Part shown: one piece after another, positions 22,727 to 33,701 of the stretch
How positions within the stretch are numbered: position 1 is the stretch's first letter
Layout: every line of letters begins with the position of its first letter
From: Lysobacteraceae bacterium
GTDB taxonomy: Bacteria; Pseudomonadota; Gammaproteobacteria; Xanthomonadales; Xanthomonadaceae
DNA length: 64,000 nucleotides
Reading direction: 5' to 3'
Assembly: GCA_016789405.1 (NCBI GenBank)
Contig: JAEUPQ010000034.1
Span: forward strand, 1-64,000
Translations under genes and position numbers: made by a program
Notes under the pieces: generated by a model
Told to the model about the DNA's origin: nothing
Database searches by the model: none
Seen by the model: only the letters and a program-made list of their open reading frames with translations

Positions 22727-23053
22727 TCAACCCGCCTGCGCGAGCAGCGCGTCGACATCCGCCTGCACCGTCGGCCGCACCACGCGCCCCAGTTCTTCGC
22801 CATCGCGCAGCAGCACCAGCGTCGGCCACAGCTTGATGCGGAACGAACGTCCGAGCGGACGCCCCGGGCCGTCCTCGATCTTGATGTGGCGGATGTCGTC
22901 GCGCACGGCGAGCGCGGTTTCGAACAGCGGCTGCGCGCCGATGCAGTGCGGGCACCATGGCGCACCGAATTCGATGGCGGTCAGTCCGGACCAGGCGTCG
23001 ACCTCGACGCGTGCGGGTTCGTTGATTGCAAAGTCGGCGACGTAGGGCATCAA
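22727..23053 (-). CDS. thioredoxin-family protein (WCPHC active site)
   Basis: 108 aa. FGAPWCPHCIGAQP is the CxxC motif in thioredoxin context. Confidence 0.7.
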   Translation of the reverse strand: MMPYVADFAINEPARVEVDAWSGLTAIEFGAPWCPHCIGAQPLFETALAVRDDIRHIKIEDGPGRPLGRSFRIKLWPTLVLLRDGEELGRVVRPTVQADVDALLAQAG

Positions 23054-23114
23054 TGCGCGTTCGCGTGAAGTGGACGAGCATGATGGCGCAAGTCGCCGTG
23101 CGTCGGCACGACCT

Positions 23115-24608
23115 TCAGCGACGCGGCACGGTGCGCGGCGGCCGTGCGTCCTGTGCCGGTCGCGCCAGCGGCGGCGGAACGGCGGTCGGTCGCGGGCGCA
23201 CCAGCGGCTTCGAGCCGGGCAGTTCGAACGGACCGATCAGGCTGTCGATGTCCACGTCTTCCAGCGCGCCGATGTCCATCGTGAAGTAGCCCTGCGGAAT
23301 CCGTGCGCGATGATCGCCCGGCGCGAGCTTCGCGCGCTGCGGCGCATCGTAGCGGACCAGCGGCAGGGACCACGGCATCGGGAACGCCTGCGGCGATGGC
23401 GGCTTGTTCGCGCCTGCGTTGCGCAGCGGACTGTCCGGCGACGGGCGGAGGTTGCGCTGTGCGATGTCGCGGAACCGGGGATCGGTGCCGGTGAGGGTCG
23501 ACGTCCATTCCGGCGGTACGGAGGTCGCGTTCGACTGCACCCAGTTGCGCGTGCCGGAAACGCTGCGCACGCCGCTCCATGGCGCCGTGGTGAAGGGCGC
23601 GCACACCGGCGATGACGCAGTCGTGTTCTCGCGCAGGATCGCCGGCGCCGCGCCGCCGGTCTGGAAGATCGCGTTGTTGTGCATCTCCACGCTGCCCGCG
23701 CCGAGCTGCACGTACACAGCGGTCGCCGCGCCGGGGCGATCGAACAGGATGGTGTTGCCGACCATGCGCACGCGGCCATCGCTGGATCCATTGAGGTCGC
23801 CACCGATGCGGATCGCATTCGGCCAGCTCGTCGAGGTGTGCACGATCACGTTGTCGAGCAGTTCGGCATCCTCGCGTTTCGTCGCGCGCGTCCAGCCGCT
23901 GGCCTGGGTTTCGCAGTCGGGGCCGATCAGCTCCAGCTCCTGGTAAACCGAACCCTCGAACCAGTTGGAATGGATCTCGGCGCGCTCGTGCCTGTTCTTC
24001 AGCAGGTTGCCGCCGTTGCCGCTGTGCACGTAGTTGAAACGCATGCGGAAGACCGAGCCCGGATACGCCATCTCGTCGGATTGCATGTAGATCGGGTGCC
24101 GCGTGCTGCCGCTGCCTGCGTCGTACACTTCGCTGTATTCCAGCGTGAAGCTGCCCGAGTTCAGGTCGGCGCCGAGGATGCCGTGGCCCGGGCAGGCGTG
24201 GATCACGGCATCACGGACCGTGATGTCGTGCGCTTCGCTGAAGACGCAGGTGTTCGTGCCGCCGCGCACCTCGAAGCCTTCGAACACCACGTGGTTCGAT
24301 CGCTGGAACTTGATGCTGTGCGTGCCGCCCGAGATCACCGGCCGGCTGGCGCCGGCCACGCGCCGCCAGCGGATCACCACCGGGTTGCCTGGCGCGCCGC
24401 CGTCGTCTTCACCGACGATCACGCTGTTGTAGGTGGCATTGCCATCCACTTCGACGATGTCGCCGGGCGCGAGGTCGTTGCCGTTGAACAGGGTCGACAG
24501 CTGGGTGTATTCGCGCCCGCTCGGGCCAACGGTGTAGGTCCTTGCGGATACCGGCGCGGCGAGGCACGCCAGCATCAGGCATGACGCGATGGCGAGGGAC
24601 TTGGACAT
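23115..24608 (-). CDS. secreted right-handed parallel beta-helix protein (pectin-lyase fold; possible polysaccharide lyase or hydrolase), with a Pro-rich C-terminal tail
   Basis: The track ORF is 579 aa, but the real start is MSKSLAIASCLMLACLAAPVSA (signal peptide) at 24608 with GGAG 6 nt upstream. Repetitive Gly/Asn/Thr/Val beta-helix rungs, for example NSVIVGEDDGG...ISGGTHSIKFQRSNHVVFEGFEVRGGTNTCVF. Confidence 0.65.
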   Translation of the reverse strand: MSKSLAIASCLMLACLAAPVSARTYTVGPSGREYTQLSTLFNGNDLAPGDIVEVDGNATYNSVIVGEDDGGAPGNPVVIRWRRVAGASRPVISGGTHSIKFQRSNHVVFEGFEVRGGTNTCVFSEAHDITVRDAVIHACPGHGILGADLNSGSFTLEYSEVYDAGSGSTRHPIYMQSDEMAYPGSVFRMRFNYVHSGNGGNLLKNRHERAEIHSNWFEGSVYQELELIGPDCETQASGWTRATKREDAELLDNVIVHTSTSWPNAIRIGGDLNGSSDGRVRMVGNTILFDRPGAATAVYVQLGAGSVEMHNNAIFQTGGAAPAILRENTTASSPVCAPFTTAPWSGVRSVSGTRNWVQSNATSVPPEWTSTLTGTDPRFRDIAQRNLRPSPDSPLRNAGANKPPSPQAFPMPWSLPLVRYDAPQRAKLAPGDHRARIPQGYFTMDIGALEDVDIDSLIGPFELPGSKPLVRPRPTAVPPPLARPAQDARPPRTVPRR

Positions 24609-24750
24609 GACATCTCCGGGACATGTTCGACGAAGGCTGGCGCCCCCCGCGCCGTCGATCGCAAGGATGGCACAGCCGACAACCGCGTCCGTGAGGCGTA
24701 TCACGTCGCTGGCAGCGTATCCTGTGCGCCGTCGACGGAGGAGCATCTGC

Positions 24751-25173
24751 ATGGACTCGGAACGCCCCCCGGATTCCCCCGACCCGCAGCCGGCATATCG
24801 ACTGTCGTTCGCCCAGGCGGACGGCTTCCTGCGCGTGCAGGTCTCCGGCGACATCGATGCGCAGCAGGTGCGGATCGCCTACTGGCGCGAGATCGTCGCC
24901 GTGGCGCGCACCCGCGGCGAGCGCAAGCTGCTGGTGTTCGACCGCAAGAAGGGCGTGCCGGCCACGCCGGACGAACTGGCCGAGATGGCGAGGCTGTTCA
25001 GCGTCGATGCCGTGCATTTCGATCGCGTCGCGGTGGTGGAGCCGACGCCGACCTTCCTGCAGGCCATGGAGCACGCCGAGATCCACGGGCGCAGCCTCGG
25101 CATCAACGTCCGCATCTTCGCAGACGAATCCAGCGCCGAGCGCTGGCTCCTGTTCGGCAGCGCCGACGACTGA
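24751..25173 (+). CDS. hypothetical protein (140 aa)
   Basis: GGAGGAG RBS about 10 nt upstream of ATG MDSERPPDSPDP. No recognisable motif. Placed upstream of the ABC transporter operon. Confidence 0.4.
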   Translation: MDSERPPDSPDPQPAYRLSFAQADGFLRVQVSGDIDAQQVRIAYWREIVAVARTRGERKLLVFDRKKGVPATPDELAEMARLFSVDAVHFDRVAVVEPTPTFLQAMEHAEIHGRSLGINVRIFADESSAERWLLFGSADD

Positions 25174-25241
25174 GCCTTCGCGCCGATCCCGACGGCCCGT
25201 TCGGAGACCGCCCCTGTCTTCCGGCCTATGTGGCTAGGTGT

Positions 25242-25255
25242 TGTAGTTAACTACA
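25242..25255. promoter_or_regulatory. perfect 14-bp palindrome TGTAGTTAACTACA in the promoter region of the ABC transporter operon (candidate repressor operator)
   Basis: ...ggctaggtgTTGTAGTTAACTACActacctactcacttgggg... lies 60-75 bp upstream of the ATPase ATG at 25319. It overlaps a TTGTAG -35-like hexamer. Confidence 0.4.
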
Positions 25256-25318
25256 CTACCTACTCACTTGGGGATGAAGGCTTGCCGTCGGCAGGCCGTC
25301 CGTATGGGGATCGGGGTC

Positions 25319-26200
25319 ATGTCGCACTGCAATCTTTCACTGGAATCAGTGACTTATCGGTATTCGAAGCAACAGGCGGCGGTCAGCGGGCTGGCGCTGG
25401 ACCTCGGGCCGGGCATCCTCGGCCTGCTTGGCCCGAACGGCGCCGGCAAGTCCACCTTGATGCGGATGCTCGCCACGATGACCCGCCCGAGCGAGGGACG
25501 GATCACCTGGAACGGCACCGACATCGCCCGTGAGCCGAACGTCCTCCGCGCCACGCTGGGCTATCTGCCGCAGGATTTCGGCGTCTACCCGGCACTGAGC
25601 GCCCGCGAGTTCCTCGGCTTCGTCGCGGCCGTGAAGGGCCTCCCCGGCGCGAAGGCGCGTGCGCGGGTGGACGAGTGCCTGTCGATGGTCGGCCTCAGCG
25701 ATGCCGCCGATCGCCGCCTCGGCGACTTTTCCGGCGGCATGCGCCAGCGCGTCGGCATCGCCCAGGCCCTGCTCAACGACCCGGCCCTGCTGATCGTCGA
25801 CGAACCGACGGTCGGCCTGGATCCCGAAGAACGCATGCGTTTCCGGCATCTGCTGACCGACCTCGCCGGCGAGCGCCTGGTGATCCTGTCGACCCACATC
25901 GTGTCGGACGTGGAAGCCAGCGCCACCAGCATCGCGGTGATGACCGCCGGCCAGCTGCGTTTCCACGGCACGCCCGAGCAGCTGATCGCGCGCGCCGAGG
26001 GCCACGTCTGGGAATGGACGATCGCGCCGGAGCGACTGGCCGACGTGCGCCAGCGCCACAAACTCTGCGGTTCGCTGCGCCGGCCGGACGGCATCCGCGT
26101 GCGGGTGATCGCCGACGCCGCGCCGGACGCGGACGCGCAATGCGTCGCGCCCGAGCTGGAAGACGCCTACACCTGGCTGACCGGCGCGGAGGCGCACTGA
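25319..26200 (+). CDS. ABC transporter ATP-binding protein (ABC-2/DrrA-like)
   Basis: Walker A GPNGAGKST. ABC signature FSGGMRQRVGIAQAL. Walker B LLIVDEPTVGLD. H-loop present. The start is chosen at MSHCNLSLESVTYRY; the track's longer N-terminus is rejected. Confidence 0.85.
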   Translation: MSHCNLSLESVTYRYSKQQAAVSGLALDLGPGILGLLGPNGAGKSTLMRMLATMTRPSEGRITWNGTDIAREPNVLRATLGYLPQDFGVYPALSAREFLGFVAAVKGLPGAKARARVDECLSMVGLSDAADRRLGDFSGGMRQRVGIAQALLNDPALLIVDEPTVGLDPEERMRFRHLLTDLAGERLVILSTHIVSDVEASATSIAVMTAGQLRFHGTPEQLIARAEGHVWEWTIAPERLADVRQRHKLCGSLRRPDGIRVRVIADAAPDADAQCVAPELEDAYTWLTGAEAH

Positions 26201-26201
26201 C

Positions 26202-27779
26202 ATGGATCTGCTCCACATGGGCACGCTCCAGCGCGTCCTCGCGATCCTGATGGCGGACCTGCGCGAACGCATGCGCACGCCGCGGTTCTGGGTGGTGCTC
26301 GGCATCATGACCGCCGCCACGTGGTGGTGCTTCCCACCGGCGGATGCGGGCTACAGCACCCTGTCGCTGCTGGATGGCTCGCGCGGCCGCTATTCCAGCG
26401 GCTGGATAGGCATGGGTTTGGGCCTGATCTACAGCAGCCTGCTGCTCAACCTCGTCGGCTTCTACCTCGTGCGCGGCACCTTGACCCGCGACTTCGATAC
26501 CCGCGTCTGGCAGCTGCTGGTGGCGACGCCGATGACGCGCGGCGGCTACCTGCTGGCGAAATGGGCCAGCCACATGGTGGTGTTCGGCGCGATCATGCTG
26601 ACCGGTGTCGTCGTTGCGCTCGTCGCGCAGTGGGTGCGCGCGGAGGACCGCCACATCGACCTGATCGAGCTGCTCAAGCCGCTGCTGCTGCTCAGCGTGC
26701 CCAGCCTCGCGCTGACCGCGATGTTCGCGATCTGGTTCGACATGGTGCCGTGGCTGCGACGCACCGCCGGCAACGTGCTGTTCTTCATCGTGTGGACGAC
26801 GATGCTGACGATGTCGGTCGCCGGCCAGGAAGGCGATGCGCACCCCGAACCGCAGGGCTGGACCAGCGATCCCAGCGGCATGATCGTCGCCGCGCGCGAA
26901 TTCCATCGCGTTCGTTTCGAACAGACGGGCAAGGCGCAGCCATTCGGCTTCAACCTCGGTGGCGATCGGGTGACCGTCGACTCCACTTTCTTCGACTGGC
27001 CGGAATGGAAGCCGGACGCCAGGCTCGTGGCGAGTCGCGCCCTGTGGCTGCTGCTCGCGATGCTGGGCACGCTCGCCGCAGCGCCGCTGCTGGACTGGGC
27101 CGCCTCGCGCGGGCTTGGCAAGACGAAGGCGCGCAGCGGTGGCGGACGCGCGATGCGTTGGCTGCACCGTCTGTTCGATCGCGTGCTCGATCCCTTCGCG
27201 CGCGGGTCACTGGGCATCCTGACGATCGCCGAACTCAAGCTGGTGCTGCGCCAGCGCGCCTGGTGGTGGTGGGCGGCGGCACTGGGCGTGATGGGCGCGC
27301 AGTTCGGCGCACCGGAAGGCCTGCGCGTGGGCCTGTTGCTGGCCTGGATGCTGCCGCTGGACGTGCTGGCGCGCGGCGTGCTGCGCGAACGCGACCACGA
27401 CACCGGCGCACTGGTGTTCACCGCGCCGAACGCACTGCTGCGCCTGCTCGCCGCGCGTTTCCTCGTCGGCTTCATCCTGCTGTTCGGGCTGAGCCTGCCG
27501 GCGCTGGTGCGCATGATCGCCAGCGAACCTCTGCAGGCACTCGCGGCGGTGACCGCGATGGCGTCGATCGCCAGCTGGGGCCTGTGCATGGGCGCGCTGT
27601 GCCGGAATTCGCGGCCGTTCGAACTGCTGATGGTGTGCACCGCCTATGTCTGCCTGCAGGGCGCCGCGATCTTCGCGGTCATCAGCGAACCGGCCTGGAC
27701 GCTCACCGTGCATGCGATCGGACTGCTGCCGGCCTGGATGCTGCTGGCCTGGGCCTGGCCGCGACTGGCACGACGCTGA
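26202..27779 (+). CDS. ABC-2-type transporter permease (large, multi-TM)
   Basis: 525 aa. The start is 1 nt after the ATPase stop. Multiple hydrophobic helices. No other recognisable motifs. Confidence 0.7.
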   Translation: MDLLHMGTLQRVLAILMADLRERMRTPRFWVVLGIMTAATWWCFPPADAGYSTLSLLDGSRGRYSSGWIGMGLGLIYSSLLLNLVGFYLVRGTLTRDFDTRVWQLLVATPMTRGGYLLAKWASHMVVFGAIMLTGVVVALVAQWVRAEDRHIDLIELLKPLLLLSVPSLALTAMFAIWFDMVPWLRRTAGNVLFFIVWTTMLTMSVAGQEGDAHPEPQGWTSDPSGMIVAAREFHRVRFEQTGKAQPFGFNLGGDRVTVDSTFFDWPEWKPDARLVASRALWLLLAMLGTLAAAPLLDWAASRGLGKTKARSGGGRAMRWLHRLFDRVLDPFARGSLGILTIAELKLVLRQRAWWWWAAALGVMGAQFGAPEGLRVGLLLAWMLPLDVLARGVLRERDHDTGALVFTAPNALLRLLAARFLVGFILLFGLSLPALVRMIASEPLQALAAVTAMASIASWGLCMGALCRNSRPFELLMVCTAYVCLQGAAIFAVISEPAWTLTVHAIGLLPAWMLLAWAWPRLARR

Positions 27780-27792
27780 GGGCACCGCTGGA

Positions 27793-28260
27793 TCAGTCCG
27801 ATGGGCCTGGCCCGTCGGCCAGGTCATCAAGGATCGGGCACTCCGGCCGATCGTCGCCGTGGCAGCGGGTCGCCAGCGCATCGAGCGTGCGCTGCATCGC
27901 CTGCATCTGCGCGATCTTCTCGCCCAGCTCGCGCGAATGCTCGCGCGCCATCGCCTTCACTTCGGCGCTGGCGCGCGAGCGGTCGTCCCACAGGCCCAGC
28001 AGGGATTCGATCTGCCGGATCGAAAACCCGAGGTCACGCGCGCGCTTGATGAAGCGCAATCGATGCAGGTCGGCTTCGGCGTAGAGACGATAGCCCGCGA
28101 AGGTGCGGCCCACCTCGGGCAGCAGGCCGATGCTTTCGTAGTGACGGATCATCTTCTGGCTGACGCCCGTCGATGCTGCGGCTTCGCCGATGTTGTGCAG
28201 GCCCTGGTCGCGTGCCTCGGCGAGTTCAGGGCGCGGCGTGCGGGACATTCGATGCGGCAT
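27793..28260 (-). CDS. cueR: MerR-family Cu(I)-responsive transcriptional regulator (CueR/HmrR-like)
   Basis: N-terminal HTH (GEAAASTGVSQKMIRHYESIGLL), a dimerisation helix, and a C-terminal metal-binding loop CHGDDRPECP. Downstream of copA on the same strand. Confidence 0.8.
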   Translation of the reverse strand: MPHRMSRTPRPELAEARDQGLHNIGEAAASTGVSQKMIRHYESIGLLPEVGRTFAGYRLYAEADLHRLRFIKRARDLGFSIRQIESLLGLWDDRSRASAEVKAMAREHSRELGEKIAQMQAMQRTLDALATRCHGDDRPECPILDDLADGPGPSD

Positions 28261-28271
28261 GACAGGCGACC

Positions 28272-30725
<2,454 letters not shown>

Positions 30726-30750
30726 GGCGGTCTCCGGTTCGGGTCCGCGA

Positions 30751-30832
30751 CCAGCGTCGACCCTGCCATCATGGCAAGGTCAAGCGTGGCATGCGACCGC
30801 TTGACCCTGACACAGGGGCAGGGTCGACGCTG
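30751..30832. promoter_or_regulatory. divergent copA/copZ promoter region with two near-identical about 35-bp MerR-type operator/promoter elements in inverted orientation (TTGACC -35 followed by a dyad GACCyTG-N9-CAGGGTC)
   Basis: copZ side (plus strand): cgCTTGACCCTGACACAGGGGCAGGGTCGACGCTG. copA side (minus-strand reading): cgCTTGACCTTGCCATGATGGCAGGGTCGACGCTG. The dyad overlaps the -35 with an extended spacer, as in CueR/MerR-regulated promoters. Coordinates approximate. Confidence 0.5.
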
Positions 30833-30882
30833 CCCTGGCCGGCAAGCGGCCGGCGTCCGTTCACACTCCCAGCGAGGACACC

Positions 30883-31086
30883 ATGAAATTCGACGTCGAA
30901 GGCATGACCTGCGGACACTGCGTCCGCGCCATCACCCGCGCGATCCACACCCTCGACCCCGACGCCCGCGTCGATGTCGATCTCGCCGCAGGCGTCGTGA
31001 CCGTCGAGGGCCAGCTCCTCGCCGACGCCGCCGCCGACGCGATCACGCGCGAGGGCTACACCGTGCGCGGGCGTGGGCCGGGGTGA
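30883..31086 (+). CDS. copZ: CopZ-like heavy-metal-associated (HMA) copper chaperone
   Basis: 67 aa with the GMTCGHC metal-binding motif. GAGGA RBS. Divergent from copA. Confidence 0.8.
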   Translation: MKFDVEGMTCGHCVRAITRAIHTLDPDARVDVDLAAGVVTVEGQLLADAAADAITREGYTVRGRGPG

Positions 31087-31094
31087 GCTTTTTT

Positions 31095-32360
31095 CACAAA
31101 GGGACACCCACTTTCTCTTTTTTAAAGGGACACCCACAAATCAGATTTCCCCGACACCTCATCGGGAACTTCCCCGACATGCCGCTGCCCGGGAATACGC
31201 CACGCTTTCCGCATGGCCCGTCCCCGATCCCAGATCGCACCCCCTGATGCCGCTGGCGCGTATCACTGCGTCCAGCGCTGCGTGCGGCGTGCGTTCCTCT
31301 GCGGCGTCGACCGGTACACCGGGCAGAACTTCGAGCATCGCAAGGCCTGGATCGAATCCCGCATCCGGCTGATCGGCGAATGCTTCGCGGTCGCGATCGA
31401 CGCGTATGCGGTCATGAGCAACCACTTGCACCTCGTGCTGCGCATCGATCCCGCTTCCGCCGCGACATGGAGCGATGAGGACGTCGCGGCGCGATGGGTC
31501 CGACTCTTCCCGCCACGCGAGGATGACGATGCGGCCGTGGAACGCAAACGCCAGCGGCTGCTCTCGGATCCAGAACGCGTCGACCTCGTACGACGACGCC
31601 TCGGCAGTCTGTCATGGCTGATGCGCTGCCTGGTCGAACCCATCGCCCGGCGTGCCAATCGCGAAGATGGCTGCAAGGGACGATTCTGGGAAGGCCGCTA
31701 CAAATGCCAGGCACTCTGCAATGAGCGGGCCCTGCTCGCCGCCATGGCCTATGTCGACCTCAATCCGATCCGCGCGGGCATGGCGGACACGCTCGAAGAC
31801 TCCACGCATACGAGCATCGCCGAACGCATCGCAGCCGCGACCATCGAACCGACTCATCTCTCGCAGCTAATCAGGCCGATCATCGGCAATCTGCCCCCAT
31901 CACTCGCACTGACGACTGCCGACTATCTGCAAATCGTCGATTGGACAGGTCGTCAGCTCGTCCCGGGGAAACGTGGACGCATCACGGGCGATACACCCGC
32001 GATCCTCGAAGTCATCGACACGGACGCGAAACGCTGGGCAGCACGGGTCGGTGCCTTCGGCAGCGGCTGGCATCGCGCTGCTGGTTCCGCGCAGGACCTC
32101 ATCGCGCTTGCGCAGCGGCTCGGGCAGCGGTGGATGAAGGGTCTGCGGCTGGCAATGACACTGGGCTGATAGATCACGGCAGGCGACCTTGGCCCGAAAG
32201 GGAGGATGGCGCCTGCGCGTGGTGTTTTCGGGCGGTGGGGGGATACCGAAAACCCTGGTTAAAAAGGCTTGGAATTCAAACTGCGGATGCCTGACCGAGA
32301 CACCGATGAGGCGATGAGGAATTGTGGGTGTCCCGGTCTTCCCCTCCGGGTGTCCATTCT
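31095..32360 (+). mobile_element. IS-like element (~1.27 kb) carrying a HUH/Y1 (RAYT/IS200-like) transposase-like gene; bounded by duplicated subterminal repeats GGGACACCCAC (two direct copies at the left end, two inverted copies at the right end); markedly lower GC than its surroundings
   Basis: Left end: ...cacaAAGGGACACCCACtttctcttttttAAAGGGACACCCACAAatcag at about 31098-31140. Right end: aattGTGGGTGTCCCggtcttcccctccGGGTGTCCat at about 32324-32355 (reverse complement GGGACACCCACAA, an exact 13-bp match to left copy 2). AT-rich flanks contrast with about 70% GC context. I looked for target-site duplication and did not find one. Confidence 0.4.
31213..32169 (+). CDS. HUH-type Y1 transposase-like protein (REP-associated tyrosine transposase / IS200-like fold) with a ~150-aa C-terminal extension
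   Basis: 318 aa. HUH motif in VMSNHLHLVLRI. Catalytic-Tyr region AMAYVDLNPIRAGMA resembles the RAYT motif YIxxNPVRAGL. Lower GC than neighbours. Sits inside the repeat-bounded element. Confidence 0.55.
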   Translation: MARPRSQIAPPDAAGAYHCVQRCVRRAFLCGVDRYTGQNFEHRKAWIESRIRLIGECFAVAIDAYAVMSNHLHLVLRIDPASAATWSDEDVAARWVRLFPPREDDDAAVERKRQRLLSDPERVDLVRRRLGSLSWLMRCLVEPIARRANREDGCKGRFWEGRYKCQALCNERALLAAMAYVDLNPIRAGMADTLEDSTHTSIAERIAAATIEPTHLSQLIRPIIGNLPPSLALTTADYLQIVDWTGRQLVPGKRGRITGDTPAILEVIDTDAKRWAARVGAFGSGWHRAAGSAQDLIALAQRLGQRWMKGLRLAMTLG

Positions 32361-32465
32361 GGTTATCAACGCACCCAGCAATCAGCAATCAGCAACACAA
32401 AAAATGGCACGGCAAGTGGCAGGCAACCCATTTTCATAACATCTTTCTTCATGTCCGGTCTTTCG

Positions 32466-32939
32466 TCACTGCCATGTCATCAGATCGAGGAGAGTCATAT
32501 CAGACGGACTCAATACCACAATGTAAAAGAGACCATCTCCAGAGAAGTGAACCTCAACCCCTCTTGCAATCTGATCCTCCCCGTACGCGATAAAAAAAGG
32601 CTGCCCCCCCGCCTCGATCAGCTTCACCAGTTCCATTTCGCCCCGTCCTTTCGCGAACTGAGCAACAGCATTCCGACCATCGCCCGCCCACCAAGTGACA
32701 AGATTCCTTAAAACCGCATCATCGCCAATATATGAAACGTAAGGGCCCGCGTACTTGGAGCAATGGCCTGATACCTCCAATGAAATCTGACGATCTCGGC
32801 CGCCTTCAGTTCTTCTGTAGCAAAAGTCAGCCGCTTCGGTGCTCGACACCTTCTCATTCGCCTCGCTCTCCGTTACAGAGCACGCGTTGCAGGCGAGCAT
32901 CAGCGAGGACGTTGCCACGATGAGACATTTTCGCTTCAT
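32466..32939 (-). CDS. low-GC lipoprotein of unknown function (157 aa)
   Basis: MKRKCLIVATSSLMLACNAC signal peptide with lipobox LMLAC. About 50% GC versus about 70% background. The ATG overlaps the stop of the upstream small ORF (ATGA). Confidence 0.5.
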   Translation of the reverse strand: MKRKCLIVATSSLMLACNACSVTESEANEKVSSTEAADFCYRRTEGGRDRQISLEVSGHCSKYAGPYVSYIGDDAVLRNLVTWWAGDGRNAVAQFAKGRGEMELVKLIEAGGQPFFIAYGEDQIARGVEVHFSGDGLFYIVVLSPSDMTLLDLMTWQ

Positions 32940-33214
32940 CGTTTTCCTCGACCATGTCGATCTTTCAATGAGCATCCCAGTCTTCCACAGATACGAGGTT
33001 CGGCAGGGTACGCCCCGTGAGCGTTCCTATTTTCATTGGCTGACTTCGCTTGAGACCATTCGAGCACCCACTCCTCCAACGCCTGCCGGGAGCTGAAGGT
33101 TGCCCCAGCCTCTGGCTGCCCATCCTCTGCGAAGGAGTTCCAGAACTCGACCCAGAACCCGCCGTCTTGATGCCGTGACACTTCGACGAACGCGCAACAG
33201 CTGATGGCGTACAT
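32936..33214 (-). CDS. small hypothetical protein (92 aa), translationally coupled to the low-GC lipoprotein
   Basis: MYAISCCAFVEVSRHQDGGFWVEFWNSFAEDGQPEAGATFSSRQALEEWVLEW... The stop overlaps the lipoprotein ATG. Intermediate GC. No homology recognised. Confidence 0.3.
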   Translation of the reverse strand: MYAISCCAFVEVSRHQDGGFWVEFWNSFAEDGQPEAGATFSSRQALEEWVLEWSQAKSANENRNAHGAYPAEPRICGRLGCSLKDRHGRGKR

Positions 33215-33226
33215 GACCTGAATCTC

Positions 33227-33643
33227 CTACCCCATCCACCCAGCGAACACCCCCAGCGGATGATGCGCGCGGGCGACGGAAACCATGAACAGGAAGGTGG
33301 CGACGGCACCGACGAAGCACAGTGCGCGCGTTCGCTGGGTGCGTGCGCGCTTGAGCGCGAACGTGCCGAGCGCGATGTAGGCCAGGAGCAGCACGATCTT
33401 CGCGGTCAGCCAGCCGTTGGCGAACAAGGCGACCGGCAGGATCGCGGCCAGTGCCAGCGCCGCTGCCAGCAGGACGCTGTCGATGGCGTAGCTGGTGAGG
33501 CGCACCGGCTTGCGCATCGGCCATGACGCGCCGGCAAGCACGCTGGTGCCGCGCGCGAAGAACAGCGCGCCGCTGAGCAGCACGCAGGCGATGTGCAGGG
33601 TGCGCAACTCGGGGTAGTACGCCAGCAGTCCGGTGGGATCCAC
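33227..33643 (-). CDS. SirB2/YchQ-family small inner-membrane protein
   Basis: 4-TM pattern LRTLHIACVLLSGALFFARG ... LTSYAIDSVLLAAALALAA ... KIVLLLAYIALGTFALKRAR, as in E. coli YchQ. The start is uncertain (GTG near 33643, or a TTG a few codons later); the track's longer ORF is rejected. Confidence 0.45.
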   Translation of the reverse strand: MDPTGLLAYYPELRTLHIACVLLSGALFFARGTSVLAGASWPMRKPVRLTSYAIDSVLLAAALALAAILPVALFANGWLTAKIVLLLAYIALGTFALKRARTQRTRALCFVGAVATFLFMVSVARAHHPLGVFAGWMG

Positions 33644-33701
33644 GCTCGAAACCTCGTCAAGTCGATGTCGTCGCCCGCACGCGCGGGCGGCCGGCATGGT
33701 C

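Noticed and set aside
31412-31714. Short ORFs overlapping the HUH transposase-like gene and the IS-like element spacers (for example 32322-32711, 32324-32593)
   Set aside because: They overlap better-supported features or AT-rich repeat spacers, with no RBS and no codon bias.
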